From: Hyaloraphidium curvatum SAG 235-1
Lineage: Eukaryota > Fungi > Monoblepharomycota
Direction: 5' to 3'
Length of the DNA stretch: 64,000 nt
NCBI GenBank assembly: GCA_025558095.1
Contig: JAIVFI010000012.1
Location: forward strand, 496,001-560,000
A program made the position numbers and the translations under genes. Of this stretch, positions 48,915 through 60,700 are shown in pieces (within the stretch, counting starts at the first letter, position 1; every line of letters begins with the position of its first letter). Below the pieces are notes generated by a model. The model was not told the DNA's origin, ran no database searches, and saw only the letters and a list, made by a program, of their open reading frames with translations.

Positions 48915-50294
48915 TCACTGCCTCCTGACGGGCGTGCCAAAGGGCGTCGGGTACCCCTCGTTGTCCGCCGAATGGAACGACGCCGCCGAGTCCGGCACAG
49001 GCGACCCCGGCGCCGCCCTTTCGGCCTCGCGCGCCGCCAGCGCCGCGTCCCTCACGAACCGCGCCAGCTGGTCCAGGCTACCCGCCGCCTCCCTCGCGTG
49101 CTCGGGGTTGAACTTGACCAGGTACCCGTTGGCCGCCGCCGGCGCCTCGAGCAGCTGGATCGGACGCTGCTGCTCGCTGCTGGCGCGCAGCACGGCGTCG
49201 TACTCCCTCATCGCCGGCGCCACGTGGCGCAGGGAGCCGGCCGACGCCGGGCGACGGATCATCGAGGCCCGCACGGCCGCCAGCCTGGGCTCGGTCGAAA
49301 GCGCGGTGTTGCGCGCCTGCACCTCCATCGCGAGCACCCAGCCCCCGGCGGCCTTGGTCGCGTTGCCGTCGTTGTTGGTCGGCAGCCTCGTGATGACGAA
49401 GGGGAGGATCTTGGGCGGCTGGCGCCGGAAGTGCCTGCCGATCTCGTTCTCCTCGATCCGCTGGGGCGGGTGGCGCGAGGCCAGCCTGATCTCGAGCGCC
49501 TCCTGCAGGCTCTTGGACCACTGGAACCACTTGGGCAGGACCTGCGTGAGCAGCCCGCGCACGGCGCTCTCGGAGAAGCGGTCCGGGAAGGCCGGAGGCA
49601 GGATTACGTCGGAGCTCATGACGATCCAGCGGTTGAACACGCCGGCGTGCGGGCCCAGGTCGACGAGGACGAACTCGCAGCGTTTGGCGCGGGCGACTTC
49701 GAGCACGCGCCGGCGGAAGGAGACGAGCTGCGCGGGGGCGGCGAGGCGGCCGCTGCCGTCGATGTCGCTTTCCTCGAGGTTGGGGAGGAAGACGCTGCCG
49801 GCGATCAGGAAGAGGTTGTCTTCCAGGCCCGGGAGGTGCTCATTCGACACCGTATAGCAATAGTCAGCCGGTAGGAGCGCAGGGGTCTCGCCGGTAAAGT
49901 CCGGCTCGAGCAGCGAGTAGAGGTTGCACCTGGGCAGGTCCAGCCCGTGGTCCGCCGCCACCGTCTCGGCGTGCAGCCTGACGAACTTGACGTCGGTCGG
50001 GGCGTCCATCCCCTGCTTGAAGTTCTCGGACCGCGAGATGGCCACGTTGTCCAGCGGCAGCTGCTCCGGCGGGACGAGCGAGGGCAGCAGCGCCGTGGTG
50101 AGGTTGGTCTGCGGGTCGGCGTCGACGAGGAGGGTCTTGTGGCCCTGCAGGGCGAGCGCGGCGCCGAGGTTCAGCGTGAGCGTTGTCTTGCCGACGCCGC
50201 CCTTGTACATGTACGACGAAACAATGATGGGGTCCGTGCGGGCCGTGGAGACGGAGAGGGCGCCGAGGCGGGAGGCGAGCTCGTCGGCAGACAT
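48915..50294 (-). CDS. ParA/Soj/MinD-family ATPase, bacterial type; intronless
   Basis: Deviant Walker [21 protein letters not shown], and Walker B FVLVDLGP. Confidence 0.88.
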   Translation of the reverse strand: MSADELASRLGALSVSTARTDPIIVSSYMYKGGVGKTTLTLNLGAALALQGHKTLLVDADPQTNLTTALLPSLVPPEQLPLDNVAISRSENFKQGMDAPTDVKFVRLHAETVAADHGLDLPRCNLYSLLEPDFTGETPALLPADYCYTVSNEHLPGLEDNLFLIAGSVFLPNLEESDIDGSGRLAAPAQLVSFRRRVLEVARAKRCEFVLVDLGPHAGVFNRWIVMSSDVILPPAFPDRFSESAVRGLLTQVLPKWFQWSKSLQEALEIRLASRHPPQRIEENEIGRHFRRQPPKILPFVITRLPTNNDGNATKAAGGWVLAMEVQARNTALSTEPRLAAVRASMIRRPASAGSLRHVAPAMREYDAVLRASSEQQRPIQLLEAPAAANGYLVKFNPEHAREAAGSLDQLARFVRDAALAAREAERAAPGSPVPDSAASFHSADNEGYPTPFGTPVRRQ

Positions 50295-50637
50295 CGCGAG
50301 GGGTGGGCGGAACGGTGAGAGACAGAAAGCCCGACAGAGCTTTTATGTGCCCGCTCCGCAAGGTTGCCGCGGATCCGGAAGGAAGGAAAGTGATGGGGGG
50401 AGACACCGTGTAGGACCCTGGCTTTTGTAGACAGACCCCGCAAGGTCCCAGTTCCGCAAGCTCGCTCTCTCAACCCGCCCAAACGGCTTCCATCCCAGCG
50501 GCTGACCATTGCAGCTGATCAGAAATCCACGGATTACTCTCAAGCTCGGTGGATTGGCATGGATTCGCTTCGCTGCGGCGAGGAAGCGGGTGGCCCGGCC
50601 CGGAACGGCTGATTGATCGCTACGATGCCATCAGCTT

Positions 50638-50675
50638 CCATCGCAATCCAAGAGGCGCCCATCGCAATCCAAGAG
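50638..50675. repeat. 17-bp perfect direct repeat CCATCGCAATCCAAGAG x2 with 21-bp period
   Basis: Read directly: copies at 50638-50654 and 50659-50675. Confidence 0.85.
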
Positions 50676-50813
50676 ATGGAAGAAGGAAGCAGTTCATAGG
50701 CAGACAGAGGCTGTACAATGGCTCAGTAGCTGTTTCATACGGCATGCGGCGTGAGCGGCGTCCCAGTGCCCATGGTAAGGGCGGTCCACCGCGCCCCGGC
50801 GCCCAACCCATCG

Positions 50814-51659
50814 TCATCGCTTCGGTGCCGCTGGCCTGCCATTGGACGAGCCCGTCCTCCGTTTTGTCCGGTCCCCGCCTGGGCGGTCCGCGGCCTCCTG
50901 CCCCGCCGCGCCGCCCCCTTTGCGCTGCGGCGACGACGCCATGAACACCAGCGCGCCGTCCTCCTCCTCCTCCTCCTCCTCCTCCTCCTCCTCGTCGTCG
51001 TCCGTCTCTTCCCGCATCGGCGGGGTGGCGGCCGGCGGCGGCGCCCTGCCCGCCTTTCCCCTGGGCGTCTCGTCCACGGCCGTCAGCGCGGCCAGCGCGC
51101 CCCCCGAGCCGGCTCGCGACCGCCGCACGTTGGCGAAGCCGGCCAGCGGCACTGCGGAAGGGTTTGCATTGGCCTTGGGAGACCTGCGGCCGGCCTGCGC
51201 CGGCTGCCCCCTGCCGGGGGTCGGCGGCCTGGCCGGCCTCGCGGACGGCGGCTCGTCGTCGCCCACGGGCGACGCCTTGAACTGGCTGACGATGTCCTCC
51301 CACGTCTTGAGGGCGCCCGACGAGCGCCGCCGCCTGACGGAGGGGAAGTCGGGCAGCGGCGCGGCGAGGTCGGTGTCCGCGTCCGCCGCCGCGAGCACCG
51401 CGTAGCTGCGCGTGCGCGTGCGGCGGCGGGCCGGCGGCACGTGCGGCTCCATCGCATCGGCACACGCGACAAGCCGCGCCCGCACGCGCGGCAGCAGCGA
51501 GTCCTTCGCCAGCGTCGTCGCGCGCCGCAGCAGCGAGAGCAGCGCGACCGGCGGGAAAAACACCGCCGACGCTAGGAACCCCGCTGCAGCGGAGAGGAAG
51601 TACGCCGGCAGCAGCGACAGCGTGAGCACGGGCAGCACGAGCCGCGAGAGCGGCGGCAT
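50814..51659 (-). CDS. Uncharacterised protein with hydrophobic N-terminal helices and a low-complexity poly-Glu C-terminus
   Basis: 281-aa ORF with host-like codon bias; no family recognised. Confidence 0.5.
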   Translation of the reverse strand: MPPLSRLVLPVLTLSLLPAYFLSAAAGFLASAVFFPPVALLSLLRRATTLAKDSLLPRVRARLVACADAMEPHVPPARRRTRTRSYAVLAAADADTDLAAPLPDFPSVRRRRSSGALKTWEDIVSQFKASPVGDDEPPSARPARPPTPGRGQPAQAGRRSPKANANPSAVPLAGFANVRRSRAGSGGALAALTAVDETPRGKAGRAPPPAATPPMREETDDDEEEEEEEEEEEDGALVFMASSPQRKGGGAAGQEAADRPGGDRTKRRTGSSNGRPAAPKR

Positions 51660-51761
51660 CGTGGCCCCGGAGCTCCGATGGTGGTGGCGAACCCCTGGCC
51701 TGTCCGATCACATGAAAAGGCGCCCGCCGGCCACACCTCGCATCTCTTTTCTTTTGGTGAA

Positions 51762-53966
51762 TGCGATCGCCAACGATATAGTGAAGACAGACAAAGAGAA
51801 GGAAGAAGACACTAGCACTAGCACCAGGAGCTAAAAGTCACAAACGCCGTGACCGTGGTTCAAGAGGACCATCCCTTTCACCATGATAAAGAGTTCAGAA
51901 ACGGTACGAGTACGACCTCGGTATCACGTAGGCCGCCTCGGGCGGTTCCTCCGCATCGTCGTCGTCGAGGTTGCTCCTGAGGTGATCAAGCCACGCCGGA
52001 ATCGGATCCTCGCCCTCGATGCAGCGGAAAGGCGAAGAAGTCGCAGCCGGTCGCTTCTCGTCGTAAGGCACCAGCTTCACCGACCCCAGATCAATGTTGC
52101 GAAGGCGCGGGACCAGGGGGAAGCAAGCGCTGCAGCTGTGCTTTTTGTCCCCGCGTTCGCGTGCGAGGGTGCAGATGACCGCCTCCGCAACGCTGCGACC
52201 GAACGCGCGGGCCATTTCCCGAGGGATGGCGTTGGCAAGCATGCGATACGCCTGAGAAAGACACAGCGCGGGGTTCAGAAGGGCAGCGTCGTACCCTTGG
52301 GTGCGGGCAAACTCGTCCACGGTAAGCGTCCGCAGGAAACCGTCCGGGGCGCCGCGCTCGAGGTATCGGCAGAAGTCGTAGGCTCTTTGACGGCCCCATT
52401 GCTTGCTCATGCAATCTTCGTTGGTTCCGCGGACGCACTCGATCTTCGAGTAGTAGGCGTCGTGCGTCCGCTTGTCGCATGGGAGAGAGGGCCATTCTTT
52501 GACGGCGTTTCGGGCTGCCTTGCACGTCTCCAGGACCGCCGAGTGCATGAACACTGGGTAGGTTGCCCTGGAGGTCGGCACCAGCTCCGTCGCGAAGCGC
52601 TCCTCGGTAGGCACGATGACCTTGGCATACATCGTGTCCAGGCGTGCTGCCGCCGTTTCCTGGAACTCTGCCTCGACTTCCTCGGCCTTGGGGCCCCGGA
52701 AAGGAAGCAAAAGACAATCCCGACGTTGAAAAAGCTTGTCCGCGACGATGTCGTGCAGCTTCAACTTGTTGAAGCCGCTCTCTGCAGTGTGGGTGAAAGG
52801 CGGTGCGCGAGACATGACGACTCCGCGAAAAGCCAAAAGGAAGAGCCGGCGACGATCTTGATTTCCCCCATAGTTGGCAGTGTGGAAATCCTCAGAGTAG
52901 CGTACCGCGAACTTCTGCCGCAACAGATCCCAGACGATTTTGGTGAGGATGAAGCAGTTTTCGTACCCATCCCATTTCGTCCTCAGTCCGGGGACGTTCT
53001 CGTATACGAGAACGTTGACGTAGATATCCAGCTTATCCAGAAGCTCGACATATGCGCCGGCCGTATACGAGAGCGCGTCAAGGTCCGACTCATCCTTGCG
53101 GTGACCGGCACCCGAGGCATTCTGACATGGCGGTGTGGTAAGAAAGGCAATCTTGTCGCGCTCCTTGTCGTATCCGTGCGAGAGCAGGAGCCGTTGCATG
53201 AACTGCGGGTTCTGGCTGTATTCTCGAGCGAAGGTGGGATCGAGGTTCGCTGCAGACACGACAATCTCTTGCCCAGTGCTCTATAGAAAAGCGTTGGGCA
53301 TGTCCAGAGGGTAGCGGTACTTGGGATCACGCACCTGGAACCATGAACGAGCAGCTTGCTGGGCGGTCTGCATGTCTCCTTCCGCGGCAAAGAGGAAAAA
53401 GAGACGGATTTCCGATTTCCTGGACCCGAGTCCTTCGAGTAGGCCCATCATGAAACCGTGGCTGCCAATTCCTGCACCGTCGAAGAGTGAGAGGAAGAAC
53501 AGCGTGGGGGTCCAGGTCTTGACGAGGTGTCGAGGAATCGCAAGCGGCCGCAGCAGACCCCATTCCAGGAGCACGTGCATTCCGTCTCTCGGCGCATAGA
53601 AACTGCCATCTCTCTGCGCGTCCCGAATGTGAGAGGGAATGACGCTGGGTAGCATGACGACGAGGTGAGTGTCCGAGTTCCTGGCTCCGCCGTAGTCGCG
53701 CCGCTTGTGCCTTGCCCTGCGCCGTCAATTCTTCCCATGCTGCTGAATGCCGTACGTCGGGAGCTCTCCGGCTCGATGGCAGCCGATGTGGCTGCTGCGG
53801 CGGTCCTCTTCGCGGAGCGTCCCCTTGCGTCCGAATGGCCCGGCTTCTGCTTCACCCATTGCGCCAGCGAGCCCTGTCGCCCTCCTGTGACCGGTCCGCG
53901 GGGGTCGATTTTGCCCATCAGGGCCGCCGACCATGCCGGATGCGGCAGGAATTCGGCGGCGAGTTG
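51762..53966 (-). repeat. Diverged duplicated unit B (inverted partner of 26458-28666)
   Basis: The reverse complement shares the CDS, intron position and both flank motifs with unit A. Confidence 0.75.
51895..53918 (-). CDS. C5 cytosine DNA methyltransferase (copy 2); intron 53281-53334; frameshift near 53675, with in-frame ATG at 53655
   Basis: Motifs FDGAGIG, PPCQ, YENV, QDRRR, RTLTVDEFARTQGY and LANAI. Colinear with copy 1, with the intron at the same position. Confidence 0.85.
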
Positions 53967-54101
53967 TTGTCGTGACGCGGATCGAAAAATACTTTGCTAT
54001 CCGGCCTCTCATTCATCCATGCAATGTGCCACCAGCAAGCGATATCAGACAAAGCAACAATAAACCCCCGTCCCATGACTGCACGCCCCACACAACGCCG
54101 T

Positions 54102-57095
54102 TTACCCGAACAGCGCATCCGAGATGGCCCCAAACCATCCCCGCTTCCTCTCCGCCGGTGCCGGCTCCGGCGCAGCTAATCCGTCCGCGATCGCAGGCTC
54201 CTGTTCTGCCGAGGATGCCGCAGGAGTAGCGGAGGGAGGGAAGGCGGCCGCGGGGGGCGTTCGGGGGGAGGGAATCGGGTCGATCGGCGCCAGCCGCGGG
54301 AGGCGGTCCAGCGGATCGTCTTCCGCCGCAGGAGGTTGCTCGGGAGCCGCGTCCTCCGTCGGCAGATCGGGAGCGGGATCCGAGTCCTCGGCTGCAGCTC
54401 CGGCTTCCGCGTCCGTGCCCTCCTGCGGCGAATCAACCGCTAGAGCCACTTCCGCCGCTTCAGCACCCTCGCCCTCCTCGACCTTGCCATCCGCAGGCGA
54501 TCCCGCTTCTCCAATCCCCGTCTCCTCGCCTGCTTCCTCTCCTTCCTGCGAAGCTCCCGGCTCCGCTGGCTGCGCATCCCCGTCCGATCGCCCGCCGTCG
54601 GTCTCCTCGGCCCCCTCGGCCGGCCCACTCCCGGCCTCTGCACCCATCTCGCTCCCTCGCTCCTCCGCCTGCACTTGCCCAGCACCTTCCCGCTCCCCAT
54701 TCACCTCCACAGCAGCCTGGTCCGCATCGTGCGCGCTCCGCTCGACGCTCGCCACCGCCGTCGCCCTCGCCAGCTCCCCCCACGACACCGCCCCGCGGCT
54801 GCGGGACGGTCCCGATCCGTCCGGCATGTCCACGGGGGTGTTGGGCGGCGTCGGCGGGGGGAAGTTCTCGGGATCGGGGGACGGAAGGAGGGAGGGCGCG
54901 GAGGGAGGGGCGAGGGAGGCTTCCGGTTCGGCCGTCGGGCTCGGCGCGGCGGGACCTGCGTCCACGGGTTCTTGTGCGACGGCCTCCGGTTCCGGCTCCG
55001 GTTCCGGCTCCTGTTCGGCTTCCTGCGCGGATTCCGGGGCCGCACCGCCCGCCTGCTCGTCAGCAGTCACCAGCGTCTCGTCGGCGCTCCCATCCTCGTC
55101 CGCCTTTGCCGCCGCCGCCACACCGCCTGCACCTTCCCCGGGTTCCTCGGCCGCCGCGCCCTGCCCGCCCGGATCCAACCACGCAACCTGCCCCGCCTTC
55201 TTCTTCTTCCCCTTGACCTTTCCCGCCGCCTGCAGCGACCTCGCCCGCGTCGCCTCCATCTCCGCCGTGTAGCTCGCCGCCACCGCCGGGTCCGCCAAGC
55301 GGAGCGACACCGTCCACGCGGGCCCGTTCCGCGCGATCGCCGCCACCCCGGCGGCCTCGGCGGCCTCGAGCATCGCCCCCGGCCGCGCGAACCCGTGCTT
55401 CCACCCCGCAAACTCGGGAGCCCGCAGCGCGGCCTCGACCGCGCGCAGGGGGACGCCCGTGCCCGTCGCCGACAGCGAGACGAGCATGCGCACGAGGGGG
55501 AGCCATTTCTCGGGCACGCCGCGCGGGCGGAGGAGCGAGGAGCGGGCGTCGGGGAGGCGGACGGCGGCGTCGAGGGTGCGGGGCGAGAACTGCGAGGTGC
55601 GGTCCAGGGGGGGGAGGTCCGCGGGTTCGAGGAGGACGGCGCCGCGGGCGCGCGCGGATTCGAGGTAGCTGTAGGCGCTCTCGAAGCCGAGCTGGTGCGA
55701 TTCGATCTGCAGTGGGCGGTGGGTGAGGCACTCGACGGATGGGGGCAACGAACGAACCAACCTCGAGGGAGGCGGCCAGCTTGCGCAATTTGAGCTTCTC
55801 CCCCGAGTTGGCAAAGGACAGCGACCAGTCCGCCAGCTTCCGCAGCACGGGCCAGTACGCCGTCTCGAACGCCTCCAGCAGCGGCACCACCGCCGCCACG
55901 TCCGCCGCCCTCCTCTGCGCGTTGGCGGCCAGTACCAGGTTCCCCGCCTCGGAGAGGCAGCACGCGTCCGCCTGCGGATCCCAATGCACCAGGCCCGTGC
56001 GCACGGCGAGGTCGAGGCACGGTTCCGGGTCGAGGCCGCACCGCCGGCACGCGCTGTGCAGCAGCGCGGTGCGGACAAAGGGGGCCTTGCCGCTCTGGCC
56101 GAGGCGGCGGAGTTCCCGGAGGAGGGGGACGAGCTTCTCGGGCGGGGGGATCGGGGAGGCCGGGAGGTCGGCGGCGGAGGGGGAGGCGTCGGCGGGTTGC
56201 GCCGACGGCGCGTCCGGGCTCGACGGGGAAAAGGAAAGGTCCGAGTACTCGAACACGGGGTCTGCCGCCTCGGTCGAAGATTCGACGAGGGCGGCGGGCG
56301 CCGGCGGCGCAGGAGTCTGCAGAAATTGCTGCTGGAAAAAGGCCGGCGACGGCGTGGCGGGCAGAGAAAGCGCATCCGTCCGCAGCCTGTCGCCGGGCGG
56401 CGGCGTCGGGGGTACCAGTACGGGCGTCGAGGATGGCGGGGTCCGCTCGACGAGGAGGTCGCTCCACAGCATGTGCTCCCTCACGGCGTGGATCAGGACC
56501 GGCGATACCTTGGCCGGGTGGATCAGGACCACGTCGTAGTGGGCGAATTCGAGGAAGTTCAGGATCTGCTTGTGAGGTGAGTTCGTTTGGATGACGTGTC
56601 AGCGTCGGAACCTCCACCCGCCTTTGAGAAGTCGCGATCTCCTGAAATCAAGAAGATGGTGTGCGGCGACCTCCAGAAATAGACCAGCTTGAGCATCTCG
56701 CCGAGGATCGCAATGTCGGACGCGCTTGGCTTCCCGCTCGAGACGGAGCAGAGCACGACACCGGACTCTTCAAGCTCGAGCTTGATAGAGGCCGGAACGC
56801 GGTCCAGGTTCGCAATGATGATGATCTGAAGAGAGCATCGAAGCCGGAGGTCCGCGTCAAGGCAGCCCCGAGTAAGACGCCCGACACCTCCCACGTTCGT
56901 CAGCACGACGTTCCGGTCCCGCGCCAGATCCTTGATCCTCCTGACCACCTCGTACCCCCGCGTCTGGGCCCCGCACGGGCAGTTCTCCAGGTCCCAGAAA
57001 ACGGTGCCCCGGCGAGGTTCCGGTCCCGCAGGAGCCGCGGGGCCCGCGGAACCGAAGCTCGCCGCGTGGCCGGGGAAGTCGGCCACCCGAGCCAT
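54102..57095 (-). CDS. NYN-domain (PIN-like) RNase with winged-helix/LOTUS-like repeats and an acidic tail (MARF1-like architecture)
   Basis: TVFWDLENCP, KPSASDIAI, FLISGDRDFS..L and YDVVLIHP. Helical repeats LVPLLREL...LDLAVRTGLV and WLPLVRML...MLEAAEAAGV. Confidence 0.82.
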
Positions 57096-57755
57096 TCTCC
57101 CGGGAGCGACCCGCAAGCCTCGGCCGAGGCGGTGGAAGAGGTCTTTGATTTGTACACGCACAGGCGCCCAACACGACCCGGGGGATCAGCGTGAAGGCTC
57201 TGCGGGATCGATGTTTGGGCGGGTTGTCGCGCGCGCAGAGATGCGGTTCGCCACCTCGACTACTCCACGAATCGCAGGCAATCTCGGTCTATTTCTCGCA
57301 AGGATATCGTCTGGATTCATTTTCATTCGTGTCGCGGCTGGGCGGGGAGCTTCGGGCCGCGGAGACGCTCGGAATGGGCGTTGCTCGACCTGGCTTGCGC
57401 TGCACGATGCTAGTGGTCCAGCTAGGAGGACAGCACAGCAGGCACCTCCGCAGCGGTTACAGGGGCACTCTCATGGGTTGCCGTCCAGGATGCCCGCGTG
57501 GGGACGCTCGGTCGCGGTCACCGTGGACGCCGTCGTCGGCTGTCTCACAGGGACGACACGGCACGCGGCGTAGCTGTCGGGCGAGCAGTGATTAGCAAAT
57601 CCATGAATGAAAATCGACTGAATTGCATGGGTTGCGTTCTCTTGGGGGAGCACCTCGGGTGAATCATCACTCGACGCGCCGCGACATCAAAACACTCCAC
57701 AAGCCCCGCAAAGGAACGCGCGCAACCCAAGCAGGAAAAGCGCGGCCACGCGGCG

Positions 57756-60700
57756 ATGGCGTGCGCCCTGCCGAGCTGCAACCAGAAAGGCGCAAACACG
57801 TGCGGAACTTGCCGGAAGGTTTTCTACTGTTGGGTCTCCGTCCCTGTCGGCGACGTGTTCCATTAGCTGACCCCGGTGTCCCGCTTGCTGACCTCGACGC
57901 TTTCACGGTCGTGGTCACGACCGCCGCCCTCTTCACCGCTCGTCGGGATCCAGGCACGCGGGAGCACCAAATCGATGACTGGCCGCGCCACAAGCTCAAT
58001 TGCGTCGCACCGGTTCCTCGCAAGACCGGCACTGATGGCTATCCGGCCGAGGAGCTCGTGGTTCTCTTCCCGAAGCTCGACGAGGCAGGCTCCAACTTCA
58101 TGGACGTGTTGCCCCCGAACAAGGCCCGGAACCCCACGCACCTTCCGCTGCTCTTCCGCAGCGTGCTGGAGAGGGAGCAGCTCGCCCTCAAGGGCAAGGC
58201 GATCGTCGACCGGGCGACCTTCAAGCGGCAGTTCTCCGCTTTGACCTCCAACCTCTTCGACAGCTTCCCGGAGAAGCTGTGGGAAAACGTGCTGATTGCC
58301 GGCGGCAGCGTGCTTGCGGCCCTTCTGCCGCTCGACAACGGTTTCGCAAACCGGAGGTGGGCAGACCAAGCGCTTGCGTGCCGGAGAGGACAACCGATCG
58401 AGCGCATTGACTGATGTTGCTTTCAGGCCCCCTCTCACTGCCTCCCGCTACTATCACTACGACTTCCGTCCCCTCGGCTGGTCGGAGAAGCGCAAGTCGA
58501 TGCAGGATTTCATGCTGACGTGCCGGTGGCCGAGCGGCGACGTCGACATCTTCCTATACGGGCTCAAGGGGCAGCAGGCGACCTCCAAGATGATCGAGAT
58601 CTTCACCTTCCTCAAGAGCCGCTTCGTGGAGCTCTCTGGATCGAGCGAAGGCTCCGACTGCGTCTTCATAAAGACAGAGAATACGGTGACCATGGAGACG
58701 GGCAGCCCGCGGCGGAAAATCCAGGTCATCCTGCGCGAGTACAAATCGAAGGAAGAGGCCCTCAACGAGTTTGATCTGGACTGCGTCTGCGTGGGATACG
58801 ACGGGCGGGAGGTGCTCGCGACGCCGAGGTCCGTTACTTTGCTTTTTGGTGGAGTGATCCTCCATCTGACATTGTCTCCGTTCCACAGGGCTTTGAAGGC
58901 AATCTCGACCAGGGTCAACGTCGTGGACCTCTCCATCCGCGGAACCGCCTACGAATCTCGACTGCTGAAGTAGTGGGTCCGCATATCTCGATCGAGTTGC
59001 TTGCCTGGCTCACTCCGTGTTCTCGCAGCGCCGAGCGCGGATTTGCGGTTGCAATCCCCGGGCTCGATCTGTCCATGGTGGACAAGGGCCACCTCGTGCT
59101 CAAGCGGGAGCCGACGTACTGGAACAAGGACGAGGACGCGCTCACGAGCGATTCCTGGGACAGGTGGACGGAAGCGGAGAACCTGCTGCGGCTTCTCCTG
59201 GGCGACGCCATCGCCACCTCGGAGGGCTATATCGAGTTTCCGTTCCCCGGACGCATGAGACGCGCGCACGGCATGGAGGAGCGCATTGATTCTTGGTCGC
59301 TGCGGCTTTTCGACAACTACCCGGGAACCCGGCGCGGAGTTCGCGACTGGCCTGCAACGATGAAGCTCTCCGAGTTCCGTGCCGCCAAGGGCCCGTTTGC
59401 GATTTCCTGGAAGGAGGGCTCGATGCCCCGCCAGCCCCTGCCGTTCGACAAGTGGTCCGAGGGCTGCTTCAAGGGCAGCACGCGGCCTCTGACCTACAAG
59501 GAGTCGTGGAGGGAGAGGTTCGCCGCGCGGTCCAAGGACAAGAAGGAGGAGGCAGCCAAGCCAGCTTCCGCGGATCAGGCCGCCGAACCGCCCAAGCCCG
59601 CACGTGCGCCGACTCCGGACATCCCGGCCCCCGTCATTAGCCCGCGCGTGCTCGCAGCCGAGGCCTGGGTGGTGGCCTTCAAGACGCTGCTTCCCGAGGT
59701 GCGCGAGGCGTCGTCCGAGGCGGTCGCGGAGCTCTACCGGCGCCTCCACCCGTCGTCCGCTCTACCGGCCGTGAACTTGGCGTGGGAGAAGCTGGAAGAA
59801 TTCAAGGATTCCGAAGGAGGAGTTTCGCGAACTACACAGCGCGAGCCCGTGAAGCCCGTTGCCGCGGCTCGATCGATCGCGCCTTCGCGGCGCCGCGGGA
59901 CCGAACCGCGCGTCTGGCTTGCGAACCGCGTTTTCCGCGAGCTCAAAGAGCACGACGAGTCGCTGCTGAAGAAGCTGCAGGAGATCTTTGAGGACTCGCG
60001 CGGGATTTGGCAGGCTGGGAAGAAGGTCGCGGACGGCGTCTTCGAAGGCCGCCTGTCCGATCGCGCCAGGTTCTTTTTCCTCCAGCTGGACTCGGCTCCT
60101 CCGAGCTTCCTCGTGACTGCCGTGACGCTGACGCACAAGGGGATCAACAAGCTCATTACGCACAGCATGGAGCTGGCAAAGAAGGTTAGGGAGGCACCTG
60201 GGACCGCGATCGCCGAGGGACGTTCGGAGATGGACGCCGAGATCGCCGAGCATGCAAGGTTGACGCTGTCGGTGATGCGCTCGTTCCGGGAGGACGCCGG
60301 CAAGGTTTCGTGGTTCCTTCCTCGGCTCCATCTGGGCAACCTCGAGATGATCGTCGAGATCGGGCGGGACGGGACCGCCGTGCCTCTGCTTACGGAACAG
60401 GAGATGGAAGCTTTGGATATGGCATTGAAGCAGGGCTGTGTCGTTGTCGTCAAGGGCTCGGCGGGCAACGGGAAGACCACGGTGCTTGGCGAAATCGCAG
60501 CACAGGTCGACGGCTCGCTGCTATGTCTTCCGTCCGAGAGGCACAAGGCGCAGGTCTTGCGTACGTACCCGACCGTCAGGGCACTCACCGTGCGTGAACG
60601 TCTCGAGGAGATCTGGCCTCGGGATTGGCGGCGCGGTGGGCAGTTGTAGTTCAGCATTGCAGACTTTTCAGCTGACTCCTGAACCCAGTGACTTTCGCCG

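Noticed and set aside
50959-51000. (TCC)n/(TCG)n microsatellite
   Set aside because: It encodes the poly-Glu/Asp tract of the minus-strand ORF and is ordinary low complexity.
48915-53918. Bacterial contamination or a restriction-modification operon
   Set aside because: The MTases and flanking genes contain spliceosomal introns and match host composition, and no restriction endonuclease was recognised.
26458-53966. Composite transposon or Starship-like element bounded by the MTase copies
   Set aside because: No transposase or tyrosine recombinase and no TSD were seen, the repeats are well diverged, and the interior holds ordinary genes. Kept only as a duplication or inversion hypothesis.
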